This document shows positions 12,765 through 24,116 of a DNA stretch of 64,000 bases, piece after piece. The stretch lies in NCBI GenBank assembly GCA_010093815.1, contig ML996567.1. The stretch is one strand, 5' to 3'. How positions within the stretch are numbered: position 1 is the first letter of the stretch; each line of letters starts with the position of its first letter. This DNA comes from Pseudovirgaria hyperparasitica (taxonomy: Eukaryota). A model generated the notes under the pieces. It made no database searches. It worked only from the letters and a program-made list of their open reading frames with translations, and was not told the DNA's origin. A program made the position numbers and the translations under genes.

Positions 12765-13505
12765 GGTGAATATAGGATGTGAGGGAACGCAGCCGGCCAA
12801 TTGGTTGATGCAAGCTTGCAGCTCCTGAGAGGGTAATAAGGTAGAGATGGTGAGGAATCTGAGTCCCCAGGCGCTAGCTTATTTCGGGTCTCGCAATTCC
12901 TGCGCACCTCAGGTGTAAAACTTCCAAGTTAGGCTGCAAGGCTGCACTATCCCGGCCCGACGTGTTACCGACGTGGTTATGAGTCTCTGCCTCTATGTCA
13001 CGCACGCTCACTCTCCTCACCTTCTTCCTACATCCTCTCTCTTCTTCACCAACACACTTCGACGCCGCGTGACCTTAATCCACTTTCAAATCGTGAGAGC
13101 TTTCGGAATTCACACAAGACACTTGCCTGGACGACCGCTCTGCTAGCCTGTCAGACTCTTCTGAACGCTTGCGGACGCCTTTACTGGTTTCACCGGTCAG
13201 ACCAACGCAAACTCTCTTGGACTTCCCACGTCTCACTCTGCAAACGCGCTCGCGCAGAACTGTGCTGGTCACTATTTCTGTTTCTCTCAAAACGCTTTTT
13301 CGCGAAACCAAGCGCCTCGTGAGGCCCAGCGAAGAGCTGTTTGCGAAGCGGTCCTACACACCGCGATCAAACCCACCACTCGTTTTACGCAACCGCCAAA
13401 CTGCACTCTCCACTCTTCATCCGTGTCTTAGTTAGAAAATACGGCTTACACAAGTCGTCTAGAGGAGTAAAAAAACGTGCACAAAGAAACTTTCGCAAGC
13501 CATTG
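12765..13505. promoter_or_regulatory. Divergent promoter region between ATP14 and TFIIB
   Basis: Head-to-head genes ~740 bp apart; CT-rich tract at 13010-13050 typical of fungal transcription start regions. Confidence 0.45.
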
Positions 13506-14591
13506 ATGACCGTGCCAAATTCCACAATGAATCTATCCCCGGGTCAAGTCGCCGTGGAAGCACCGCAGGCGGCACCTCTGGGATGGCAAGAAAATCTGAA
13601 CATTCACCTGATTTGTAAAGAGTGTCGAGAGGTTCCTCCCAACCTGGTCGAGGAATTCGCGTCCGGCGATACAGTCTGCGGTTCTTGCGGCCTGGTCCTT
13701 ACTCAACATCTGGTCGATACACGCTCCGAGTGGCGGACGTTCTCTAACGATGACCAAGGCAACGACGATCCCTCCCGTGTCGGAGATGCCGCAAATCCCC
13801 TACTCCACGGCTCTCAACTTCAGACCAGCATTGGCTTTGGAGATGGCTCCCGTGCTGCCAGGGATCTGAATCGTGCCCAGGGCAAGAGTACTTTGGACAA
13901 GACCAACAAGAGCTTGATGGCAGCATACAAGCAGATTGGCACTCTCTGTGACTTCTATCACATGGGTTCGCACATTGCAGACACCGCTAAGCATCTGTAC
14001 AAGATGACGGAGGATGCGCGACTGTTCAAAGGTAAATCGACCGATGCTGTCATTGCCGGGTGCATCTTCATCGCTTGTCGTCAGAATAAAGCCCCTCGTA
14101 CGTTCCGTGAGATCTATGCCCTGACCAAGGTGTCGAAGAGAGAAATTGGTCGCACTTTCAAGACTCTGGAGAAGTTTCTTCAGGTTAACAAGAATACTTC
14201 TAACGAGGTCACTGCGGGCGGTCTCGTCGTCGGCGCAGCTAAGATTCACGCGAACGAGTCTACCAAGCCTGAAGAACTGGCCCGTCGCTACTGTAACCAG
14301 TTACGACTTTCTGATGAGATTGGCGCTATAACTCACGATCTGTGCATCCGCACAAATGACCAAGGCTACATTGCTGGCCGCTCCCCTCTATCTGTTGCCG
14401 CGGCTTGCATTTACATGGTGTCGTTCTTGATGGGCAAAGGGAAGACACCGAAAGATATCTCGAATGTGGTTAATGTCAGTGATGGTACAATACGCACTTC
14501 GTATAAGCTCCTACTACCACACAAAGATGCGCTCATTGATCCCAAGTGGATTGCTCGCGGCGGTGACATGAAAAGACTTCCTGCTAGCTAG
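13506..14591 (+). CDS. SUA7: Transcription initiation factor IIB
   Basis: Zn ribbon CKEC...CGSC, B-reader VDTRSEWRTFSNDD..DPSRVG, two cyclin repeats (PRTFREI, GRSPLSVAAACIY); start ATG 13506 or 13527. Confidence 0.95.
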   Translation: MTVPNSTMNLSPGQVAVEAPQAAPLGWQENLNIHLICKECREVPPNLVEEFASGDTVCGSCGLVLTQHLVDTRSEWRTFSNDDQGNDDPSRVGDAANPLLHGSQLQTSIGFGDGSRAARDLNRAQGKSTLDKTNKSLMAAYKQIGTLCDFYHMGSHIADTAKHLYKMTEDARLFKGKSTDAVIAGCIFIACRQNKAPRTFREIYALTKVSKREIGRTFKTLEKFLQVNKNTSNEVTAGGLVVGAAKIHANESTKPEELARRYCNQLRLSDEIGAITHDLCIRTNDQGYIAGRSPLSVAAACIYMVSFLMGKGKTPKDISNVVNVSDGTIRTSYKLLLPHKDALIDPKWIARGGDMKRLPAS

Positions 14592-15633
14592 CAGGCTATC
14601 CTCGTCGACTGAATCGTCTACCCTCCTTGCGGACCTTGACTTATCGAGACGACATCAATCGTATAATCGATCATCTTTGCGCTCCAGATCCTCACTTTAT
14701 TCTGGTTAGGCGTCATCTCAGAGGCACCTTCGACTATTTTCTGCGTTGCAACCGTTCACCGACCTTGAATTACGGTTTAGTATTGGTTGGCAGAGCATAC
14801 TTTTGCCACTATTGACCACTCGTCAACCCCCTTCCCCGCTTGGCATAATAAACACCGCCATTACCTCGCGTTCATAGGCTTAATTGACCTTGGCGTTGGT
14901 AGCACACTGAAGAATGGAATCTGAAGACAGTGTGATCTCAGCTTTGGCGGGCAGCTCTGTTCTGGCGTTATCACTTCTTTCTCACTTATTTGCTTTATAG
15001 ACCTGCACTCTATCTTGTCAAAATGCGAGGCGGATTCGCACGTAGTGCGGACAGATTCGTGGATGTTATAAGCTAGCTGACTTAAACCCCAGAAAATACA
15101 GAAAATGGTGTGAGGAGACGTGTGCGGGCTTTGCTGTCTTTTCCGGACGGTGATCTGTGATACGATTTGAATCTCCTATGCACTGTGCACCTTCAGCATG
15201 AGGTATCATGCACTGACAATGTCCATGTGGGAATCGCTCTACGAATCTACACTACCGGTACTATATAATATAATCCTAATATCAACTGCTGCGAACCCTT
15301 CACAGCAAATACATGCCACTATTCATCTTGGTCTTCTACATCATCGAAGCGAACTCCGTGCTGTACAGTGGCCAGCCTCTCCAACACCATCCGAATCATA
15401 TAGACTGTGACTATCATCCACTCCCATTATTGCAAACCATGCTGCTCCCCAGTCCCCCTCAACCATACCGCCACAAGCAAGCCCACCGCCCTCCCCGGCA
15501 CCACGAACGAGCTCCAGCGCAGCACCACCATCGCACCTACCCGTTCTGGCCGTCGCGTCCTCATCTTCGTCCTCCTCCTGAGCCCAACGTCCAGCACCGC
15601 TATCCACAGAAGGCGTCACTATAAACCCTAACC

Positions 15634-16509
15634 CTAAGCACCTCCACGCCGCATCGGGTCGTATCGCGAATAAGGGGGCGGCGGATCGTGCATGTCATCC
15701 CCAGACTGTGGTCTGTGCGTGTACGTGCCTGTATACGGATATGTGCACGCTGCTCCCGCACCAACAGGAGGAGAAGGAGAAGGAGAAAAGCAAGGGTACG
15801 AAGAAGAACGCGCTGGACCAGCCTGCGCATACCGCGACGCGCCGTACGCATACGCAGTGGCGTCCGTCCCCACACCCCTTGCCGTCGAAGATGCAAATAC
15901 CCGTCGCCGCAACGCAGTCTGGGCATTATAATTATACTCGACGGGCGCCGACCCGGGCGCTTGCAACCTAGATGCGAGGACAGCACGTACGACATTGCGG
16001 ACCTGTGCTGCGAGCGCCCTGTTGCTGCGTTCGCGGAAGCGCTCTGAGAGCTCGAGCTCGAGGTCGGCGATGCAGTCTGTTGCTTTGAGGATGGTGGCTT
16101 GGATGTGAGTGTGGGGCGGCAGGGGCATGGTTGGGTTTGCGTAGTCGAGGGACCAGTGTTCGAGGGCGGAGACGGCGCGGTGGGCGTCGAGGTGGGATTC
16201 TGGGAGGGCGTAGATGTCGTGTTTTGCGTGGGGAGGGGAGAGGGAGGTGAGGGATGTGGATAGGTTGGTGAGGTGGCGGCGGAGGGCTTTGGAGATGCTT
16301 GGCAGGGAGGTGCGGTAGATGTCGTTTGGGAGTCGGTGACGGTGTCGGGAGACTGGGGCTGTTGGTCTTGGATGAGTGGCTGGGTTGGAGCGGCTGCATT
16401 TGGGACATGGGAATCTGTGTATTGCGCGGATGGTGCAGTTTCCGAGTCTTGAGGTACGGCGGTCGACGTGTCCACATACGAATGCGTTGACGGATCCCTT
16501 GGATGGCAT
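15634..16509 (-). CDS. Hypothetical protein with N-terminal Cys/His motif and C-terminal PPPY motif
   Basis: Open frame from MPSKGS; CGH...C...CPKC near the N-terminus, helical middle, DPPPPY at the C-terminus. Confidence 0.55.
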   Translation of the reverse strand: MPSKGSVNAFVCGHVDRRTSRLGNCTIRAIHRFPCPKCSRSNPATHPRPTAPVSRHRHRLPNDIYRTSLPSISKALRRHLTNLSTSLTSLSPPHAKHDIYALPESHLDAHRAVSALEHWSLDYANPTMPLPPHTHIQATILKATDCIADLELELSERFRERSNRALAAQVRNVVRAVLASRLQAPGSAPVEYNYNAQTALRRRVFASSTARGVGTDATAYAYGASRYAQAGPARSSSYPCFSPSPSPPVGAGAACTYPYTGTYTHRPQSGDDMHDPPPPYSRYDPMRRGGA

Positions 16510-17120
16510 CTTGAGGTGGGTAAGTATATATCGGGGGGTCTGGAGTCGGGACTCGGTTTCTCTGGGCGAAATGAAGATGGCGGTCAATGATGGGTGTCAA
16601 AGGCCAGTGCCAGTCGAGCCCCAATATATGGGATGTGGAACGTTCAACACACGGATCGCCTTGTAACTAGAAGTCACAGGGTGTGAGGGAGCAGGGCTTT
16701 AAAGATAGGTGTTGGCCTTGCACAATGCTGAACGGGGATGTATTCATTGATGATAGGTCCGGGGGTAGAGCAATGTGCAGTAGGCGGAACATGGAGTTTT
16801 ATGAACAGTGTGGCGAGAAATGTCAAGCGTGACTATGCTATTTGACCTCTCCCATAATGTATTGCGGTCGACCAGAGTTGGTTGATAATAATGTAAGAAG
16901 CTAGGCGCCCATCAGGCTCGTACTCCATCAGTGTTCACCCAGGATACCAATACGAAGTCCTTAACCGAGGCCGGCGAGCTTTCCGGTCTTGCATAGCCAA
17001 GTTGTGAAGCGATCTTCACATGCTTGATTTCACTGGGTATCGACCAAGGGCAGAGTATGGGAATCGACAGATCGAGATTGACTGCACGATCATATCGAAG
17101 TTATGTGGACGTTGCTCAGA

Positions 17121-18779
17121 TCAGACTTCATCACTCGTGACTTTGTAGACCGTACTGCCTCCACCAGGTCTCGTGACGACAATAGCATCGGCCAGTGTCT
17201 CATCGGTGATATCAGGCCATCTTTTGCGATAGTACTTTGAGATCCATGCCTCTTTGACGGCTTCCACTTTGCTGGTTGGAACGAGATGTACGCAGCAGCC
17301 ACCCCAGCCAGCTCCTGTAACCCTGCTACCCACGGAGCCTGCGCTTCGTGCAAGGTCGCACAGTTGATCGAGCTCCGGACAACTCGACTCGTAGACATTC
17401 TTCGAGGACTCGTGAGACTGATTGAGGAGGTCTCCTAGGTCTTTGAGAACTGAACTCTTGTCATCGCCACCCGAAACAAGGAGATCGTGGAAGTTGATAA
17501 CTCGTAGTGCCTCTGTGAACGCATGTAGGGCCCGTTGCCTCAGCTTGAATTTTTCTGCGCGTACCGGAAACTTAGACATATACCTCTTGGTCAACTCTTC
17601 CTCGCTAGTACCAAGCAGAGCACAGATCTGTTCGCGCGTATAGCCATCTTCTTCTGTTAAGTAATCCTCCGTTAATGTTATGAGCTTCTCCAACTGTGCC
17701 TTGAAGTCCTGTACCGAGACCTTGCCGTTGTCTGGGACTGCTTCCTTTTCCTCGAAAAAGGTGTCATGGAAACCCCGAAGACTCACGCCAAGTGGCGAAG
17801 CATCCTGTGGAAGGTCTCGTTTCAGAGCAAATGCTTTGGACAGGAACATGGCAGCCAGTGTACATTCCACTACGCGTAGGTTGTAGCAAACCGGTCCAGT
17901 AACTTGTTTGTCTGCAGCAACGAAGCTCTGGGCTATGACGACGCTGAAGGGAGGATCAGTCTCTGGGAAGGACAAGGACTTTGCCGTCAGATTTGGCTTG
18001 AAAGATACATATAAGGCTTTGTCACGCAGTGAGAACACCGAGGCGGCCTGGTCCATGCTGCAGGTAGAATCAGTACGTAGTCAGAAAGAGGCCTTAGGAG
18101 GGACTAACCCTCCGGAGTTGACACCTGCTGCTCTCTCCGACACGATGGCTAATTCTGTGAGCTCAGTCTTGTCAACTCTTTCCTCACCATTTGCAGTCAT
18201 AACGGCCAGAGCACTTGCACAAGTGAAAGCTGCACTGCTGGAAAGACCTCCTCCACTTGGTACAGAGCCGTCTGCCAGAACATCCATGCCAACACTGACG
18301 AACTTTCCTCTTCTCTTGATGAGAAGCTTCGAAGTTCCACGCAGGCCTGCTTTGAAGTAATTGCTCCACTCATTCTCGGTGGCGTCAATCGGAATGTCTC
18401 CTTCTGTTGGTATCTCAAATTCGCGTGCAGGGAACTTGGAGTTCATGTTCGCAATGCGTACGGTGGGCTTGGAGTCGGATGCAGGCCGCACAGCTACGGC
18501 GAGGAGCATATCGCTAGTGATGGCCATCGGCAGGACTTCGTAGAGGGAGTAGTCGATATGCTTCGACAGATGTCAGGTACAGGGTACGAGCAATGACCTG
18601 AGACTGGGACAAACCTCGCCGATAACATTGACGCGCCCTGGACTTCTCGACACAAAATCAGCACGTCGACCGTACAACTCTTTGAATTTGGATAGTAGGT
18701 TCCCCCATCTCTTCTGCTGATATGGTATTGCATCATCGGTATAAACATCGTGTAGAGATGTGGCACGCGGAACGTCCAT
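17121..18779 (-). CDS. GAL1: Galactokinase (GHMP kinase), 3 exons
   Basis: RSPGRVNVIGEHIDY, PSGGGLSSSAA, GVNSGGMDQ, GSRVTGAGWGG motifs; introns 18614-18561 and 18108-18058. Confidence 0.95.
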
Positions 18780-20353
18780 GGTCAGAAGAGAATGTAGATA
18801 TTGAACTAAGGCGTGTCAAGAGTTTAAGCGTCACGAGATACTGAGGAAAGGTGGGTGTAAGCTTTGGGTGAGGCACGAGGATGTTTTGATACATGATATG
18901 ACGAGCGAATAGAACTTTCTCATTGTGCCACCAGGGGAGGGATGCAACGTGGGGGTAGTGATAGCTAGAAACACTGCAAGGAGGGGTGGGGCAGACAGGG
19001 CCTTAAGGCTTAAAAGCAAGGGAGAGGGCTGTAGGGCAGCAACTCTACTGTGCAGTGAGTGGTAATAGCTAGGATTTCATGGGTGAGGGGCAGCCAACAT
19101 TCCCCACCAAATCGGTGACCTGAAGCTGTCGCGGTGTATTTCTCTCGGATACAAACAACATCCTCAACGAACAACATTATCACCACTGGTCTATTTGTAG
19201 ACGAATGTCCCTCGAGAGGATTGATCTTACCACAACCCAACGGGCCATGTATACGTCTGCTGGAGCTTGAGACGCTCTTCAGCTCTGTCAGCGACACTGT
19301 CGTTGTCGTTATCGTTGTCGCCATCGCCGTCGCCGTCGCTTATACCCAAATCAGGATACTCCTTAGGCAACAACGAAGACAATAGTCTGGGGAGGGCTGA
19401 TGGAAGAAGATAATGAGGCTGAGGCTGAGAACCGGCTCTCGACCGCTCGCATCCTACACCCTTGTCGCCGCGCAGGCTGAGGCTGCTGCAGGAGGATACG
19501 ACAAGGCAACAGGCGATGCAGCAGCGTCAGCATCATCATAATCACAGTCTATGACTGGCAAGCATGAACACGTTCTCGTGTGAAGTGTCATCAGTCGGGC
19601 ATAATTTCCATAGCCAGCGTTCATGTCGAGTCATCAGGATACAAGGAGACATGTACAGCTTGGCGTGAGCTGCGTCGTGCTCCGTGCTGCTCACCATTCC
19701 TTGAGAACTGAACTGGCTCCTTGCATCTTCGATCATCATTCCGCACATGTCCATCCATCCATTAGTAGGCCTATGTCTTTTAGTCATAGTTCAATCACAC
19801 ATACATTCATAGGTAGTTTAGGCAGCACAGCTGCCACCCAATGGGCATATCCACTTTTCTAGCGAGCGAAGCGCGGTCGTTACTGAGGTGGCGTATGCCT
19901 TCCGAGCACAACTCTAACTTTGCAATATACCAAATACAACATTGCCTTTGACTGTAGGTCGCTGTGGTCATCTCCAATCACAGTCATGCTAAGCCTCAAC
20001 AATCATTCTGATCCATTCATTTCCTTTGTAGACATCCGCTCATGAGATTCGGCGGAGCGGCCACGACTCTCTTCTCACAAACCACCGGTGTGTTGCTGCC
20101 TATCACCGCCACACAGCGGTGAGCACAAATCGTAGAGAACCATCGTGGATTTTCTCTTACAATTTTACATAGCGTTCTTGTGCAAACCCTGCTAGCGGCC
20201 GTTACACTGGCACGGTAAGGATCCGTTGTGCTGTTCATACCTACTTCAAGTCTCTAGTCATTCAGGTTCCCTTATAAAACCCGCGCCGCTCTTCGTTCAA
20301 ACTCTGCACTTCATCTTCACGTGTGCAGCAGAGCATCCGGGACAACAACACCG

Positions 20354-22969
20354 ATGTCCGTAACCGATGGGAGAGCGGGAATCATGACTTCTTCCGCCTC
20401 ATATGGAAGAATGCCGTCCGCCAAAGCCGTTGAGGTGCTACACTACGCCCTGCCGACTGGTCTGGTCCTGTACTATATAACCACGACTACGATTCTGGCC
20501 TGTTTCTTCCGCTCTCCACAACCGAAACTATTCAAAGACAAGACTCGCCCGGTGGCTCTTTTTCTGATACCCGCAATTGGACTCACCTACGCTGCAGACT
20601 GTATCGTCTACATCGCCCGTGCTTTGGTACAAAAAGGATGGTGGGCTTCACAAGATGAGATAGTGTACTCTATGGGATCTATCTTGATCTGGTCTGGCCT
20701 GTTCGTATTGATCCTCGCATCCGACACCTTACCTCTGGGTCAGCATACTGGTGCGTGGCTCATAGCCTGCGCGTGTGAAATTGCGATAACAATAATCTGC
20801 GTCACCTGCAAGACCACCGAGAACAGCTTTGAGATTGCGGAGCTACTCATTCATCTGTTGAGGATAGTTTTCCTGTTGGCAATATACGGCTATGCAACCG
20901 CAACTCTCATTAGACGCAAACTCGCAGACTTGTCCAAAAACACTTCTGGTGTTAGCAGCAATGATGAAGAACAGCAGCCTCTAATAGGCTCTCCTGAGAA
21001 TTGTCCTTCTGATGGTTCGTCGACTGCTGTCGAAGGTAGCTATGGTACTCTGGCGAAGTCCGCTGCTGAGAGTGATTCGGCAGCTGAACCGGAGACCGAA
21101 GCAGAGCGTCAAAAGAAAGAAAGGAAAAAGATCGAGGAAGAGCAGTTGAGGAGGGTCGCAGAAGCTGGAGGTTGGTGGGGTTATATCAAACTCTATGCCA
21201 TTTTCTTACCACATCTCTGGCCAGCAAAGGATCGGCGTATGCAGCTATTCCTTTTTGCCATCGGACTCACCATCATTGCTGGACGAGCCTTTCACGTTCT
21301 GGTCCCACGTCAATTGGGTATTGTTGTGGACGCTCTCACAGCTTCCAGTGGAACGGGAATCCTACCTTGGAAAGAAATCGGCACACTCTTCATAATGGAT
21401 GCTTTCGCCGATACAATTCTTTATACCATCAAGGAGAGCGCTTCCTATCGCTTTAGTCTGTGGTCATGGCAACGGCTGAACAGTATGGCTTTTGCGCATG
21501 TCATGAATCTCTCAATGGAGTTCCATGACAGTAAGGACAGTGCAGAGGTTATTAAAGCCGTCGAGCAAGCGAACTCGCTCAACAGAATCGTACGGCTCGT
21601 CTTATTTGATGCTGGGCCTATCGTCCTTGATCTCGTTATTGGTGTCGGCTACATCACCAGCCTATTTGACATCTATTTTGCATTCCTGTTTCTGTTCACC
21701 GCGATTCCATTTTTCCTCGTCTCCTATTTCGGGACCAAAATAGGTCGTTCATATAGACGCATTAATCAAGACAAGTACAGGTTTCTCAGCAGGGCCCAGT
21801 ATCAGTCCATCAGCAATTGGTCGCTCGTAGCCTACTTCAATAGAGCTTCCTTCGAGGAAAAGCGTCTCAATACAGCCATAAGCGAGTCAGCGAAATCAAG
21901 CATCGACTATAACAACATTTCATTGGCTGTCATCGCTGGTCAAGAATTGACTCTATACATATCCGAGATGGCCATGATGTTACTGGCAGCATATCGTGTC
22001 GCTCAGGGAGTTAGACCAATCGGAGCTTTCGTTACCATCAGGGCATTCTGGAGTAGACTGACATATCCCATATGGACTTTGGCACGATTCTCACAGGACT
22101 TCTCAAATCTTTTAGTCGACGCCGAGCGCATGCTCCAACTTCTACAGACGAAACCTTCTGTAACTGACAAAGATGATGCTCAGGACTTACAAATTACCAA
22201 TGGAGCCATCACATTCAAGGACGTCGAATTCTTCTACGATAAACGCAAAGATACTGTCAAGAACATCAATTTCGACGTCGAGGGTGGTAAGACAGTAGCT
22301 TTGGTTGGCGAGACCGGATCTGGCAAGTCGACACTGCTTAAGCTTCTGTTCCGTTTCTATGACGTGACCGGCGGTAGCATCGAAATCGACGGCCAAGATA
22401 TCCGGAATGTGCGGCTCAAAAGCCTTCGAGAAGCGCTCGGAAATGTTCCACAATCTGGGTCTCTATTCAATGACACCATATTTGAAAACGTACGTTACGC
22501 GCGACTGGATGCCACAGAAGAAGAAGTCCAAGAAGCGTGCAGGGCTGCATGCATTCATGAGAAGATTATGAGCTTCCCTGACGGTTACAAGACCACAGTC
22601 GGTGAGCGTGGTGTCAAACTGTCTGGCGGAGAGCTTCAAAGATTGTCGATCGCTCGTGTCGTTCTTAAGAATCCGCAGATTGTTCTGCTTGACGAGGCGA
22701 CCTCGGCTGTAGACTCAGGCACAGAGTCCCTGATCCAGGATGCCTTTGCGAAACTTACGAAAGGTCGAACAACCTTCGTAATTGCTCATCGCTTGTCGAC
22801 AATCATGGACGCAGATATGATTTTGGTCTTGGACAAAGGCGCCATCGTCGAACGAGGGACTCATGAGGAGTTGTTGGCCAAAAATGGAACTTACCACAAC
22901 CTATGGGAGACACAAACCAAGAAAGCTACGAAAACGAAAGAACAGACAGCGGCATTGTTGGACATTTGA
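20354..22969 (+). CDS. Half-size ABC transporter, HMT1/ABCB6-like (heavy-metal tolerance family)
   Basis: N-terminal hydrophobic extension, TMD (FLPHLWP, AFAHVMNLSMEFH), Walker A GETGSGKST, signature LSGGELQR, DEATSAVD, IAHRLST; intronless. Confidence 0.85.
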   Translation: MSVTDGRAGIMTSSASYGRMPSAKAVEVLHYALPTGLVLYYITTTTILACFFRSPQPKLFKDKTRPVALFLIPAIGLTYAADCIVYIARALVQKGWWASQDEIVYSMGSILIWSGLFVLILASDTLPLGQHTGAWLIACACEIAITIICVTCKTTENSFEIAELLIHLLRIVFLLAIYGYATATLIRRKLADLSKNTSGVSSNDEEQQPLIGSPENCPSDGSSTAVEGSYGTLAKSAAESDSAAEPETEAERQKKERKKIEEEQLRRVAEAGGWWGYIKLYAIFLPHLWPAKDRRMQLFLFAIGLTIIAGRAFHVLVPRQLGIVVDALTASSGTGILPWKEIGTLFIMDAFADTILYTIKESASYRFSLWSWQRLNSMAFAHVMNLSMEFHDSKDSAEVIKAVEQANSLNRIVRLVLFDAGPIVLDLVIGVGYITSLFDIYFAFLFLFTAIPFFLVSYFGTKIGRSYRRINQDKYRFLSRAQYQSISNWSLVAYFNRASFEEKRLNTAISESAKSSIDYNNISLAVIAGQELTLYISEMAMMLLAAYRVAQGVRPIGAFVTIRAFWSRLTYPIWTLARFSQDFSNLLVDAERMLQLLQTKPSVTDKDDAQDLQITNGAITFKDVEFFYDKRKDTVKNINFDVEGGKTVALVGETGSGKSTLLKLLFRFYDVTGGSIEIDGQDIRNVRLKSLREALGNVPQSGSLFNDTIFENVRYARLDATEEEVQEACRAACIHEKIMSFPDGYKTTVGERGVKLSGGELQRLSIARVVLKNPQIVLLDEATSAVDSGTESLIQDAFAKLTKGRTTFVIAHRLSTIMDADMILVLDKGAIVERGTHEELLAKNGTYHNLWETQTKKATKTKEQTAALLDI

Positions 22970-23230
22970 TTGTGAGCGATGCATGGGTAGGTTGGACACT
23001 TGCTATGGGGCGTTTAAGGGTAGGTGACCTGAGCGATCTTTCTAAAAGAACGAACTTGGCGGTCTGTTCATTACACATGATCTGCTTTATACCAGGAGGT
23101 CATACATGTGCGTCGTTCTGAACGTGAATACGATCATGTCGTGTCGTAGTGGACATTGATGCGTCATGTGTTTCCAGCATGAGTAGAAAGCAAAGAAAAG
23201 CAGACATTCGTACGTTCCGAAAAGGATGCC

Positions 23231-23645
23231 CTAGCTAAAGCGTTAGCTACTCATTAGTACCATTATACTACTATAAGTAGATCATATATAGTAAAACACT
23301 ATACATTGATTTCTAACTAGTATAGAAATATAGGAAGTCTAATATAGAATCCCAATGTTATAGAATAACTTACATTTAACACATACTACTAATCTTTCGA
23401 GCTATATAAACATAATCCCGATGCTAGTTAGTAGTATGTTTAGATTCTATTGGCCAAGTTAACATGGTATTAATAAATATTAATTTACTAGTCTTTATAT
23501 CTAGAAAAGTAGTTACTTCTGATTTCCTATATAGATAATACTCTACTAATACTAACATGTAAATAATTCTATTAGATATCTACTAAAAATATTCAAGTAG
23601 AATAAGAATGTAGAGAAGAATAGATGGAGTATATATAGTATGGGT
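23231..23645. mobile_element. AT/TpA-rich island, probable RIP-degraded repeat fragment
   Basis: Abrupt switch to AT-rich sequence with abundant TA/TAG/CTA and scarce CA/TG, no long ORF, between two normal genes; element family unrecognisable. Confidence 0.55.
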
Positions 23646-24116
23646 GTTAAGTGCTCTAGCTTCTGGCCGTCTTCTATCGAAGTAATTAGCTTTCAAATTC
23701 CAAGGTTGGACTTGGACTGTCCTGCTGTTGTTGCTCACGCGAGCTTGTTTCCCGCTCACCTGAGCTGGCAATGCACTCGGAGGTCAGGCGTAATCTTGTC
23801 TCTACCTCTACCGCCAGCGCAACACCGCCGTACACGAATCTGTAGCTATCCGAAGAATACGAATACGTCTTGTCATAATTAATAGATTTTTTTTCGGCTA
23901 ATGCCTCTTCCGCTTGCCGATAGAATACGACATATAGCGTTTCCGCCGCCCCCGAGGTATCCGCAATCCTGACAGGTCCTGCAGTGGATGTTGCTACCGC
24001 CGCGAACTTACCTGCTCGCGCAAACAGCAGACGAAGGGAGTAGGAGGACTGTGCCGTTTCTGGTATACGGCTCGACGCTCCAGGAAGAAGAACGCGCGCT
24101 CAGGAAAGCAAGAGAT

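Noticed and set aside
13341..13505. In-frame upstream extension of TFIIB from a TTG
   Set aside because: Downstream ATGs precede the conserved domain; no evidence for non-AUG initiation
15623..15637. AAACCCTAACCCTAA telomere-like motif
   Set aside because: Only about two units, overlapping a stop codon; insufficient for an interstitial telomere or telomerase RNA template
15600..16475. 291 aa Pro/Ser/Thr-rich ORF overlapping the hypothetical gene in another frame
   Set aside because: Explained by C-rich composition lacking stops; no independent coding evidence
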